Shown in pieces: positions 1-11,831 of a stretch of 60,000 nt of DNA; the first letter of the stretch is position 1, and each line of letters starts with the position of its first letter. This DNA comes from Lytechinus pictus (Eukaryota). Below the pieces are notes generated by a model, which worked only from the letters and a program-made list of their open reading frames with translations, made no database searches and was not told where the DNA came from. The position numbers and the translations under genes were made by a program. Where the stretch lies: contig NC_087245.1 in the NCBI RefSeq assembly GCF_037042905.1, forward strand, positions 4,156,001 to 4,216,000. Direction: 5' to 3'.

Positions 1-692
1 ATTTCTGATTTATTTTCGATAATTTCTTTTTTGAACAAGCTTCGCTTTCTTATGGGTGTCTATTACAATATTGTTTTACCTTTTATAATAATAATAAATA
101 ATTCAAATACAATCAATATTCATGACCTAAAGATACTATATATATGATTATGAGAAGGGGATTGTCTCAATTCACCATATTTCATTTTTATTCTTTGGAG
201 GTGTAAATCTATAGCAAACAAACTATATATAATAGGCCCTATCTATTCATGCACTTTGTTGAATGTTTTTCGGTTTACAAATTGTTTCCAAAATACGTTA
301 ACTTCACTCCCGATAACCGCCCATGTTGTTTTCGGTTTCGTTATTTTCAAGATTCTCTCGTTCGTGTGTCATTCATGTATGCCTTTTTGTTTTGATCTTG
401 GAGGCACGTTTTCGCTATCACATCGGAACTACAATACATCAATTTGCATTGAAAATAAAAAACATGGTCTTTTTGTTTTATAAAAATCATGGGAATGCTA
501 GAAGTTCAATTTAGATCCAATCAAGATATATTTCATTTTTTATCTCCATCTTCCTATTGTCATTAATTATTCTTCCACTTCTTCACTTCCCCGTAACAAC
601 ACCAGCCTCCTCCTGAGAAGCATGTTTTAATAATTTATGGAAAGAATACATGGTGCCGTTAATGTGGGACCTTCACATTCCTTTGGAACCCA

Positions 693-890
693 TCACGTGA
701 CCCCAATCACGTGACGTTAATCACACATTTTTCTTCGATCATGCAACAAACTAGTTCCGACATGGAGTCCTTAATGTTTAAAAAAATTGTCGGCACTTTC
801 CCAACATTACATCACCGCGTCAAGTACAATGACGTCACCACAGGCGATATTTCACATAAAGATATGCATTAACCATTATTTGATGACGTC
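693..890. promoter_or_regulatory. Candidate enhancer with E-box and CRE motif cluster
   Basis: TCACGTGA at 693-700 and 707-714, a perfect CRE TGACGTCA at 830-837, and TGACGTC at 884-890, all in non-repetitive AT-rich DNA. Motif evidence only. Confidence 0.35.
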
Positions 891-2745
891 GTGAAGGCCA
901 TTAGCAAAATTTATTGCATGACCGATTATTACCACTTAATATATATCTGTTGTGTATATTTGGTGTTAAAGGTCTCTATGGTTGGCGGCACGAGCCAATG
1001 AAGATGGGAATAAGTTTATATGATGAAATTGTCACACGATACTAATTAGATTTGTGGCGAAGGTGAAATCTGGAAAGTGCTATATGGTAAAAGAGACCAT
1101 AATATCAAGGAACCGCCATTTTCTTTGGAATTGGCATGATGTCACCGTGTGTTTTGATGGGATGTTTAATTTTAGCAGGAAGTTATGATGAAGACTGGTT
1201 TTAGTCAGATATCACGGCTTAAACAGATTGATTGCGAAACGACTTTAACAAAAAAGGCAATGATTACATTAAAATATTTTTTTTTTCGTAAATACTAACA
1301 AAACAAATCAAAACACGCGACATAGTATTTGGCTGTTTCCCTTTCGGTAATCATACTGAAAATGATTCGTGCGTGTACCTTGTGACAATAACTTAGGATC
1401 ATTACTTTATCAAAACAAATTCTGTCTTCTATCTTTAAATTTCATTCTTTAATCAGTATCATATTAAACAACATTATCCTTTTCAGATTACATTAATTTT
1501 CTAAAATCCCCTTTGGATTAGTGATGGCTTACTATACTCGGGTTTACGTCCAGATAGTTTAATTCGTTGTAAGATCGGCTGTCCAGTAAAAATTGATTTC
1601 ATTCATTTGTTCTTCTCCTGCCATTATGTGCATAACACTTGAAGAGGGCACTCAAGTTTTTCATGCCAATGAGATTTGTGTTATGGTAAAAGTCGGGAAT
1701 GCCTCTGGCAATCAATTAAATCATTCTATTTCTACCGTCCTTAATGTAAATGACACTAGTGATGTAGGAAGGAAAAACGTTAATGACCAATCAAGTATTC
1801 CTCAGTCCATCTTTTCAAAGTCGTTATGAAAATACATAGACACTTCGCTAATAGCTTTATCAAAGCATCTATTTGATGATAAATCCATGTCTATCATCCA
1901 TCGATAAAATCATACGGAAAGTTTTGCAATTTCTATATCTAAATACCCCTATAAGCTTACTTCCACATAATATTCTTTCAGATAAATGCAAAATGTTCTT
2001 CTTTAATTGGCATAATCCGCATACATCTTTTGTCTAGTTAAAGTCCAGGGCATTTTTTTAAATAAATGCATATATGCACTAAACACAGCAGTTATATTAA
2101 TATTTTTTTCTTTGAAGAAAAATAATTTAATTGATGTATATATATATTGTTTTTATCATTGTTGGTTACAGCTTTCTGAAGCGGTGAATTGAAATGAAAT
2201 TAGATTGCATAGATCAAACTGCATAGACAGCTAACATTGTATCATTATGATATTTCATTATTTTTTCATAAAAAAAAAAAAGATTTATTGATAAATAATA
2301 TTATCAAAATATATAGTTACAAATTATGTAAACGATGTCGTGAGAATTTTTCTTCAACAATATTTCTGTAATATTTGTAATATTCCATCGTAGATCGTTT
2401 GCCATTTTTATAAATAAATATAATCTATTTATTTCTGGTTTATATTCCTTAAAAAATTGGTCAACAATCTAATTTAATATTAATTTCCTGGTATTCCGTT
2501 TCCGTATGATGAATTATAGATGCCTACTTAACTATTCTGTTTTAATTAATTCATTTGATGGATATTATAAATGAAAATCTATTTTGCAGATGTGTACTTC
2601 CAATTATCAATCGATTTAATCTGTTTGATAAAATAATGTCCTCGACGTTTCAAGATGATCTTTTTCTTGCTTTACATTCCTCATTAACGATGTATATCAC
2701 AGCATCTCCTTGTACTCAGAAACAGGATAATCGTACCACTTCATA

Positions 2746-2917
2746 GTGAGTGTGTATTTGAGTTTTGTCAGACGTGTATCAATCAGATATGATTATTTAC
2801 GTCTGGGACCGACCTTTAACGTCACCATCCGAAAGACGTGACCAGGGCTCGAACCTCTGCATCAATTTGTAACTTCCCCACAGCTTGGATTACATGCGCA
2901 CGCCACAACGCCCTGTC
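2746..2917 (-). mobile_element. Short SINE with a 7SL/Alu-like 5' head, a B box and a Deu/Nin-like segment
   Basis: The minus strand reads GACAGGGCGTTGTGGCGTGCGCATGTAATCCAAGCTG...GAGGTTCGAGCCC (B box)...GTCTTTCGGATGGTGACGTTAAA...CAAATACACACTCAC (tail). Confidence 0.65.
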
Positions 2918-2974
2918 CCAACGCCCAGTGAATTATAATGTAATCGTCTTCTAAACGAAAAGACATGTCATTGT

Positions 2975-3121
2975 GAGCGTGAAAGGACTTGTCGGACGTT
3001 TCATCCGACAAGCCCTGTTTAATAAGACAGTTACCATAGTAACACTGACTATCAGCCAATCAGAATCAAGGAAAGTTGTCCGATACTCGTCGGACAAAAA
3101 TGTTGATGAATGGCTCCCCAG
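2975..3121. mobile_element. Partial hairpin MITE
   Basis: Internal inverted motifs TTGTCGGA/TCCGACAA and a right terminus TTGATGAATGGCTCCCCAG, similar to the termini of the MITEs at 35754 and 59363. Confidence 0.5.
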
Positions 3122-3439
3122 ATGTCCCATATAGTATGTATATAATATCGTCAATCAGAAAATAGAAAAAAGGAAAGGGAGATGGGGTGCATCATACATG
3201 CCAAGGTAAATCTTATTGATTTTTGATTAATTTTTGGTTCTCTTGCTGTAAGTTTTTTGTACATTTTATATTACAAGTGGAGAATTAATATGCATACCGC
3301 CTTTGTAATTCGCATCACTAACAAAATTAGGTTGGTGGGATTCGTTCCATAAGGCCATTGTTACTGTTATTTCTTGTTCGTTGTCATCACCATCTTGATG
3401 ATCATGTTAGCACTCTTCAGCTCCGCATATAATATTACA

Positions 3440-3770
3440 TTTCTTCACTTCCTCTTCCCTCGGCGTCCTTCCCTCCCCCTTTAATCTCCTTCCTCCTTTT
3501 TACTTTCGTCCTAGTTGGTTTTCTCGATCCTTCTTATTTTTACCCAAGGGACCAAGGTTTCTTCTTCTTCTCCTCCTCCACCACCTTCTTATCCTTCTCT
3601 TCCTCCTTCACCATTTTCTTCTTCTGCTCCTCCTCCTTCTCCTTCTCCTCCTCCTTTTTCTTCTTGTTCTTGTTGTTGTTTTTCTTCTCCCATTCCCCCT
3701 TCTTCTTCTTCTTCTTTATCTTCTTCTTCTTCTTCTTCATCCTCTTCTTCTTGTTTTACTCTTCTTGTAC
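3440..3770. repeat. Pyrimidine-rich (CTT/CCT)n low-complexity tract
   Basis: Degenerate TCT/CCT triplets. They account for the poly-S/P and poly-K/E ORFs on both strands. Confidence 0.9.
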
Positions 3771-4610
3771 AATTATCCATACTTCAAAAGGAAAAGGGAA
3801 AATCCCTTATTCACCTTTCTCAAACTTTAATTCTTAATAATAGTGAACATGTTGAATGCCTTTGCGGTACTTTTTATCAATTACAATCCGATCACGTTTG
3901 GATAATTTTCAAAATATGTGTAGACAATTATTATGTGCATCAAATACACACCAACGCTAATAGTTACCATTCACATTTTCTTTGAAATCTAAGTGGATGT
4001 TCGTATGATCCAGCGTAATTCCATTTCAAACCTTTATGAGCGTCCAATCTATTTTCTATTCATGATTATTCGTATTCATCAGAATTTCACTCTATCATTT
4101 GATGATGAGAAATACCTGTTTTCCATTCTTTGTTATCGCTCATGAATGTTGGAGTTTCTGAGCTGATTAATATAATCATCGTGATAATAATTAGATTATT
4201 AATGCTTTAGAACCTGATGACTGATAATACATAAAATAGGTTTATGCGACAACATTAATCGGAGCATGTTGAGATCACGAGTCTCGATTCAAAGTAAAGA
4301 TGGAGAGATAGGGGTTATGTTTGTTGATCCAAAACTACCAACATAGTGCGTGGCATTCGCACTCACCTGACAATGACCTACTATAAAATATCTCTGTAAT
4401 GAAAATAAATAAACTCTTCAAGTGGAAAAAATAGGACGGGTAGTAGTTTCATATCTTCCTAAGATTTATTTATTTACTTATTATAAAATATTTATTCAAG
4501 ATAAAACATGTATCAGCACAATGGCTGTTTTACATCATGGTCCTGAAGATCAAGTATTCTTGATAGGTCTACAAAGGATATGGCTCATTCATATGGGGGA
4601 TTGGCATGTC

Positions 4611-4865
4611 CCTGGCAAGCGGATGTGCTGGGGGTGCAGAATCACCCCCCCCCCCAAGATGGTACTTCGTGTGTTATTTACTATAGGTAGCACCCTCTTG
4701 GAAATCTGGAAGATATGTAAACATATTCTCCAAAATAACCTCTATTTTGTAGTGAAACTTGTTTTTCTTGTCAAATTATATATGGAACCAAAATCACATT
4801 CATCTTTAGCGGAATTCCTTTTTTTTTTTCTTTTAAAATCTAAGCCAGCTGAGGCAGCTCCCGGT
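4611..4865. mobile_element. Degenerate hAT-like MITE remnant
   Basis: GTGCTGGGGGTGCAG...CACCCCCC subterminal motifs resembling those of the 29840 element. The termini are decayed. Confidence 0.35.
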
Positions 4866-7173
4866 TTGGGATTAGACATTGTTATAAATTCGATATCCCC
4901 TCTTTTGAGTCAGTTTTTCTTTCTCTTGCAGAGACTAAGATAACAAAGACGATGACGACGACGACGATGATGATAATAATAATAATAATTTCTAATTAAC
5001 GATTTATTAACTACTTTTTACATGGTAGGAAGTACTCAAGTAAAAAACGCTATTTACTATAAGTCTTATATGAACATTCCAGGAATTGTTAAATAGTTTG
5101 AACAATCCCTGCCTAATTTAATAAGAATTAAATATTAAGAATGAAACTTTGTTTTTTAAAGATTTTAAACAATTGTCTTGTTTAAATCTGTTAAACAACT
5201 ACTGTAAATACCATTTATTAAACAGCACTGTATGAAAGAGTTTTTACTGTGTATAGTTCAAGCAAAATTCATTATTTTGAATTTTAAAAAAAAAAGATCC
5301 TTCGATTTCCAATCACTTTCTTTGTACATGTTAAATTAGAAAGAAAAACCCGGACCGACTTTTATTTCCTATTTTAGATGACGTCTGTATTGTTACAAGT
5401 ACCATGGGATATTATCAGAAGATTATTTCTGCAAATTGTCTGCAGATCAAACACCCTAAATCCCCTGTCTTAGAGGCTAGATGGTGCTCGGATGAGAGGT
5501 TATAAATATTTAATAACACACATTAAGAATTCATCCATAGAACAAAGGTACATGAATATATTTTCAACTTATATATGTTTTGACCACTATTTCTATGATT
5601 TTTTTTGTATTTCCATGGAGATGTGTTTAGGGTCACTGCTTATTTAGAACTGCGGTATATGAAATCATTTTATTTCAGTATTTCACTACTCATCTTCTTC
5701 AAATCATCGCAGAAACACAAGGTAACGGTAATTGAAAGCCAAAGTCTATGAACGACTCTCCGGCACCATTCTCTCCCTTTCTCTTTACACGGGCTTATCT
5801 CTCTCTCTCCCTCTTCCTCTATCATTCTTTCTCTTTTTATCCCCCTCTCTCTTTCTGTCATTCTCACCATCTGCCTCTCCCATGCTATATCTCACTTTGA
5901 ATAAAGCTTCATCATATTACAGCGCATTATGTCACTTAGAAAAATGTTCTACTCACTTTTTGACACAACAAAAATTATGTTTGCTAAAGTGAATTATCGA
6001 TTCAGGACCTATGATAATGTGTAAGAATATGTCTCATATAAAATTTATCCCAAAAGAACAAAATGGTGCCAAAATTATTATCCCTCTTAGAACTCTTCTG
6101 TAAAGAATGTGCGAGACATTGTTCAATTTCTTTAAATGGCTTGCATGCTCTGTCAGACAAATACTTTGATCCGTAAAGATGGCATAATTCTGCAATATAT
6201 AGCGCTCTATTCAAAGATTTACATCAATTTTATCATATTCCTCATTTCTGTTCACCATTATGATGGTCCTGATAATACAAAAGCAGGCTTATTTAGCTGT
6301 TTTTATTATATTAATTAGGTAATGCAGTTTACTGAAAATTATTGCCTTATTATATATGGCGAAATGATATGGTTTATAAAATTTTATAGTTCATATGCAA
6401 TTTCACGCACGATACCATGGCTATAGAAATCCTTTTACAATGGAATTGAACTATTCGACCATAAAAGGCACGTATAACAATTCGACCCCACTTATCTATA
6501 TTAAAATGAGGAAATAGGACGGATGGTGGAAGTCAAACACTAATGGAAAAGGCAACCCAGGTTGTTTGACCATCATGGCATAAACAAATTGATTGAATAT
6601 ATATTATATTTAAAACAATAAGAATTATGTGAATAACAATGAAATAAATGAAATTAAACCAGACACGAATACTATGAGGCCTTTGTACTACGTCTCAAGT
6701 CAACCTCGCACCCCCTAATCATGACGATACCGTCTTAGCATTTGGGTTACTGCGGGGGTTTGTTTTTTCTTTCTTTCGCTTTTTTTTAGGATGATTAAAG
6801 ACCACGGCATTTTAGAGCTCAGTAGCTCACCAAAAGTAAAGTAAAATGATATGTCCTGCAAAAGTTTATATGTCTTAAATAAAAATCATTTACCTTTTTT
6901 CATATATCAGAATTGCAGTATTTTTTTTATATCATACAAGCAATAAAACAGACTAAAAATATTTTTATTCATTTTTTCAAATAAATCAACTATATTGCTT
7001 ATGGTTTATTAAAACCCCCAAAATAACAACAAGGGTTTTTGTTTAGTTTGTACTCTTTTTTATCATGTGCATTTCATTAAATCAATATATGAATGAGTCT
7101 GTAAGTAGTATTGTGTGCAGTGTGTTTTCTTTATTAATACGTGATATGTATTTTTTTTTCAATGTATACATTC

Positions 7174-7234
7174 ACACACACACACACACATACACACCCA
7201 CACATATATATGTATATATATATATATATATATA
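7174..7234. repeat. Compound (CA)n/(TA)n microsatellite
   Basis: Read directly from the sequence. Confidence 0.9.
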
Positions 7235-8269
7235 TCTTTCATATATTTTTCACAGGTGTGCATAGCAGTCAATCTTGACTTGAAGGTAAACTATTCAGTG
7301 TCGCCCAGAATTTTTTAACTTTAGAGAAAAAAGAGGTTAGAAGAGAATATATCTCTTTCATAATTATAGAAAATAATACATGTTAATGGCCTCGGGTATA
7401 TCAATTTGATAATCAATTTGATAGTCCTTTAGTGATACTTTCACACCATCCTTATGGGCCTGAATACAACCATGATGAAGTAAAGAATATGTGTTGGTCG
7501 TTGACTTAATCCAATAATGTTTCATCTATGGTAATCATGATCCTTATTATCACCCTGATGTATCTTAGGCGTTGATAGATGTATTTTCATTTAAAAGGGA
7601 GGGGTCCAGTATCAAGAAATTGAAAGAACAGAAGGAAAAAATCAAGTTGTAACTCAAAATACAGAGGGGGAGACAGAGAAAAGAGACGCACGAATATGAA
7701 GAAATCCAACAACAATAGCAAGAGACAGGGGGAAAAGAGGATAGAGAGGGAATAGAAGAGAGAGAGAGGGGGAGGGTGGGGCGATTATCTCTATTATAAT
7801 TATGCCTTCATCCTCTCGTTCTCTCTCTTATTCTCTGTTCTATTCCAAACCTCCATCTCACTAATCTCGATATCTGTTGCTCCTTCCTTCCTTTTTATTC
7901 CCCCTCTCTCCACATTCTGTCTCTATGTATATTTTCAGTTTTAAGTAATTATTTATTTTATCTGTGATCCCTTTATCGTTTGAAAGTAACTTTGAATTAA
8001 AAAAGCAAGAAAAAGAAGGACGGCTAATAAACCATTTGCAGTAAGATAATGGTGGGATTCATGCAAGTCGATATTCTACTCCAATGATGCATTCCAAAAT
8101 AAGTTTGAAGATCAGTGAGTAAGACAGGTGTCAGTATAAGGGGCTACTTCTCCTTTTATTCAAGGTCTGTAATTGAACACCATCATCATTTCAAACGTAT
8201 TGGCATGTCGATCTATCCTAGGAAGGACGAGTAGCTCTAATCATTCCGCTAAATACTTTAGAATACACC

Positions 8270-8519
8270 CATTGGCGTACAGACGGGGGGAGGGGAGCTT
8301 GGGGGCGCTTGCCCCCCCCCCCCCAAAAAAAAAGGTCATGACCAAGACAAAAACACAAAGAAAGAAAATGAAACACAGAAGGGGAAAATGTTATATCACA
8401 TTTTGAATATTATGTAAAAATCTATAAAAATGTCGAAATTTTGGCTCGCTCGCTTTGCTCGTATTTTTATTTTTTTGCCCGATACATCCCCTCAAAACTT
8501 TTGGCTCATCACGCCACTG
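8270..8519. mobile_element. hAT-type MITE with 8-bp TSD
   Basis: TIRs CATTGGCGT and ACGCCACTG. Flanks AATACACC (8262-8269) and AATACACA (8520-8527) match at 7/8. A related copy lies at about 44750-44990. Confidence 0.75.
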
Positions 8520-9364
8520 AATACACATGAGAGCACTCCATTGTATGTATTTTAAGAAATAACCAAACATTTCAGATTAAAAAAAGGTATATAGAGAACA
8601 ACAAATTCTAAATTACACGAAATATGGGAGAGTTGTTTTAGCTATTTGTCAAAACCTACTCACCGAATTGCCAATTTGAGATTTACAAACTTTCTGCTTC
8701 TTCTTCTTTTTAACGGCCATAACTATTTTGTTCCTTGCCATATTTCTTTCTGACTTCCACCACTCTGTTTATATCTCTTTTATCGTTTTTTAATACTTAT
8801 TTATATATTTAAAATATAGTTATTCATTTATCCATTAATAAATTACTATATAACTTTATTTATTTGAATATTCATTCATTGACTTATTTATTCATTTATT
8901 GATTTAACAATTTTGTTATTTACTTAGTTATCCATTCATCTATTAATTTATCACAATAATCACCGACAGAGAGAGCCTATTCAAGGTAATGTGTTACAAC
9001 GAGTAGAACCATGATCACCAAAGCCATTATGACACTTTTAGAGATAGCGGGGAATTAGATTTAGATTAAAATCATGAATTATATAACATAATTCAATGAA
9101 ATGATACGATATGGGACGGTCACCTACAGTTTAGAGGATAGTCATTACTCCATCAATTACCCCCATGGGTTGGTAATGTCTAATAACACATGCATTATTT
9201 TCTTCACACGATTTCAACATAGGCTCATGCAGACACGTCCGATGAGCGATTATGTACGATGATACGAATAATTGATTATGAAGTCAGTTTGCAAACCATC
9301 ATTATATGCATGTACTAATATTGTCTTCTATTCTCCGAAATCTGCCCTAGATGTACTGTAAATA

Positions 9365-10335
9365 CAGTGCGTATCAAAAAAGGGACAGCTTTGTAAGGTT
9401 TGTCAGCATTTTGTTTTGAATTAAGATCTCTATATTTTGATATATATTTATAGATGCTCTGAAGTCTTATCTTTCAAATGCCATTTAAAAATATAAGTTT
9501 TGTTTAACGCTTCAGCGAACAAGGAACGTTTCTGTTTGGGGATAAAAAAAAAAGACTTGCGCCAAAATTTAAGGAAATAAGAAATATGATCATCAGACTC
9601 GCTAATAAGCAAATTTTTCCCTCTCTGAGTCTCCGTCAACATTCAACACTTTAACATTTTGGGCTGTTTCAAGCCAACTCGCAACACTTTAGACACTGAT
9701 AGTTTAAAAATGAGCACATGGACCCCTTATTTTTAACGTCCCTACACCTTCGCAATGCATTCCTCTACAATTTTGCCGAATTTTATGAAAATGACATGGA
9801 TTTTAAATAAAATGCAGCTTAAACTCTACTTTTTTTAATTTTCGAATAGATTCTCGTCTTTTGAAGATTTGTTTTTGGAAGTTTATGCACCATTCTTGTC
9901 AAATGAGGGCGCTGCTAACTTCAAATAGATATAGTTTGCCAATTGAAAGATATTCTCATACTTTGGTATCTACTTATATTTACATATGCTGAAAGTTTGA
10001 TGAAGTTTGACGCAATATCGACAGAGTAAAGATGATTTAAACTCATTTGGTGAATTTGTGAGGTCAAAGAGAGGCATAATTCTTTTGATTGCGCAACATT
10101 CCATATCATACAAATACAGTGAATTTGAAGTCCCGTCGAAAAAAATTAAGCACATGAACCTATAATATTTTTTGCATTTTTATAATGTATAGATACCAAA
10201 ATAACTCTCTGCAAAATTTGGTGAAAATGACATGGACTTCATTTTAAATGTGGAACGTCCTTGAATACCCCGTTTTAAAGTCAATATGCACAAATAACTC
10301 TGCTTGCGATTCGATTTCTTCATTATACGCACCAT
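9365..10335. mobile_element. Tc1/mariner-like non-autonomous element (decayed)
   Basis: Left end TA|CAGTGCGTATCAAAAAA and a degenerate right end TATACGCACCATG. An internal direct repeat (TGAAAATGACATGGA) occurs at about 9786 and 10222. Confidence 0.5.
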
Positions 10336-10456
10336 GTTCATGCTCACTAAAAAGTGCTGAAAATAAAAAATCTTTATCCTGCGCTACGAGCTCGCATGAT
10401 TTTATTAGCTGAGATACGCATCCTCTCCGTGAAATCCAGCAAACAGTTCTTAGGTA

Positions 10457-11112
10457 GGGGGGGGGGGGTAGATGTCAGGGGGTAGATGTCCTAGAGGGTA
10501 GATGTCCGGGGGTAGATGTACGGGGGGGGGGGGTAGATGTCCGGGGGTAGATGTACGGGGGGTAGATGTCCGGGGGTAAATGTCCGGGGGTAGATGTCCG
10601 GGGGTTAGATGTCCTAGAGGGTAGATGTCCGGGGGTAGATGTACGAGGGGGGGGGGTAGATGTCCGGGGGTAAATGTCCGGGGGTAGATGTCCGGGGGTT
10701 AGATGTCCTAGAGGGTAGATGTCAGGGGGGTAGATGTCCCGGGGGTAGATATCCGGGGGTAGATGTCCGGGGGTAAATGTCCGGGGTAGAAGTCCGGGGG
10801 TAGATGTCCGGGGGGTAGATGTCCGGGAGTTAGATGTCCTAGAGGGTAGATGTCAGGGGGGTAGATCGATGTCCCGGGGGTAGATATCCGGGGGTAGATG
10901 TCCGGGGGTAAATGTCCGGGGGTAGAAGTCCGGGGGTAGATGTCCGGTAAATGTCCGGGGGTAGAAGTGCGGGGGGTAGATGTCCGGGGGTAGATGTCCG
11001 GGGGGTAGATGTCCGGGGGTAGATGTCTTAGGGGGTACTTGTCCTAAGGGGGTGGATGTCCGGGGGTAGATGTCCGGGGGTGGATGTCCAGGGGGTAGAT
11101 GTCCTAGAATCC
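10457..11112 (+). repeat. G-rich minisatellite, unit about GGGGGTAGATGTCC (14 bp)
   Basis: Roughly 40-45 tandem copies with variants (GTAAATGTCC, GTAGAAGTCC, GTCCTAGAGGG), ending in GTCCTAGAATCC. Confidence 0.95.
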
Positions 11113-11509
11113 ATTCAACATTATTAATACTCAACGCTCTTTTTGTTTACCCCTCATTTGATGTAAATCGATGTAATTCTATTAAATCGTAGTTAATTTT
11201 GTTGTATTCTGCTATGTTACAATTGTATGCGATTTGTATCTGAATGATATCAAGTATCATTATGATACTTCCCTACATACCTATTTGCCCCTCCCTCTCT
11301 CATGATTTATGAGGTTATCCAAATTAGTTGATTATTTATTTTTGTTACGTTCAGTATTTGGATTCCCAATTCTGAAATGTGATAATTTGATTAAATATTT
11401 GTGATCACTCCATCTATCACTTTCATCCATCGAAATAAAAAAAATCATAAAAAGCACCGGGAATATAAACGAAGTTGTCAGGGGGAGAGGTTTCAGCATG
11501 ATTATATTT

Positions 11510-11831
11510 TGGGCGTGGACTCTCGTTTCCAGGCCTGTAACGTCATTCTCGGCTCTCCAGAAGCGGACCAATCAGGAACTTGACTATTCGTGAGCTTATA
11601 TGTGTTGAATGGGAATGGCTTTGATAATCTTCAAATAAATGTCGGTGCGCCACTTTCGTTTTGTCGGAATTCACGACGGGAAACATACTAAGAGAGATAC
11701 TGATATATCCACCAATCATCGTGTGGACAGTATTGTGTTAATCTGAGCTAATCGCAGGCCTATTATCATCAATATCAACTGTATTCTATTTCGTGTTTTC
11801 ATTCAATCGCTGACAAAAGAAGACAATAAAG
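11510..11831 (+). promoter_or_regulatory. Candidate Pol II promoter and non-coding first exon
   Basis: GC/KLF box TGGGCGTGG (11510-11518), CRE-like TAACGTCA (11538-11545), CCAATCA (11568-11574), AT-rich TATA-like stretches at about 11597 and 11633, local CpG enrichment, and a splice donor AAG|GTAAAT at 11831/11832. Confidence 0.45.

Noticed and set aside
3515..3985. Ser/Pro-rich and Lys/Glu-rich ORFs on both strands
   Set aside because: They are translations of a CTT/CCT low-complexity tract, with no domain or exon structure.
4422..4943. 173-aa ORF
   Set aside because: It has a GTG start, crosses a decayed MITE and homopolymer runs, and shows no recognisable domain.
10457..11112. Regular repeat array as a CRISPR array, telomere, or Pro-rich protein (ORF 10853-11134)
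   Set aside because: There are no unique spacers and no cas genes, the unit is not TTAGGG, and variable G runs break the reading frame.
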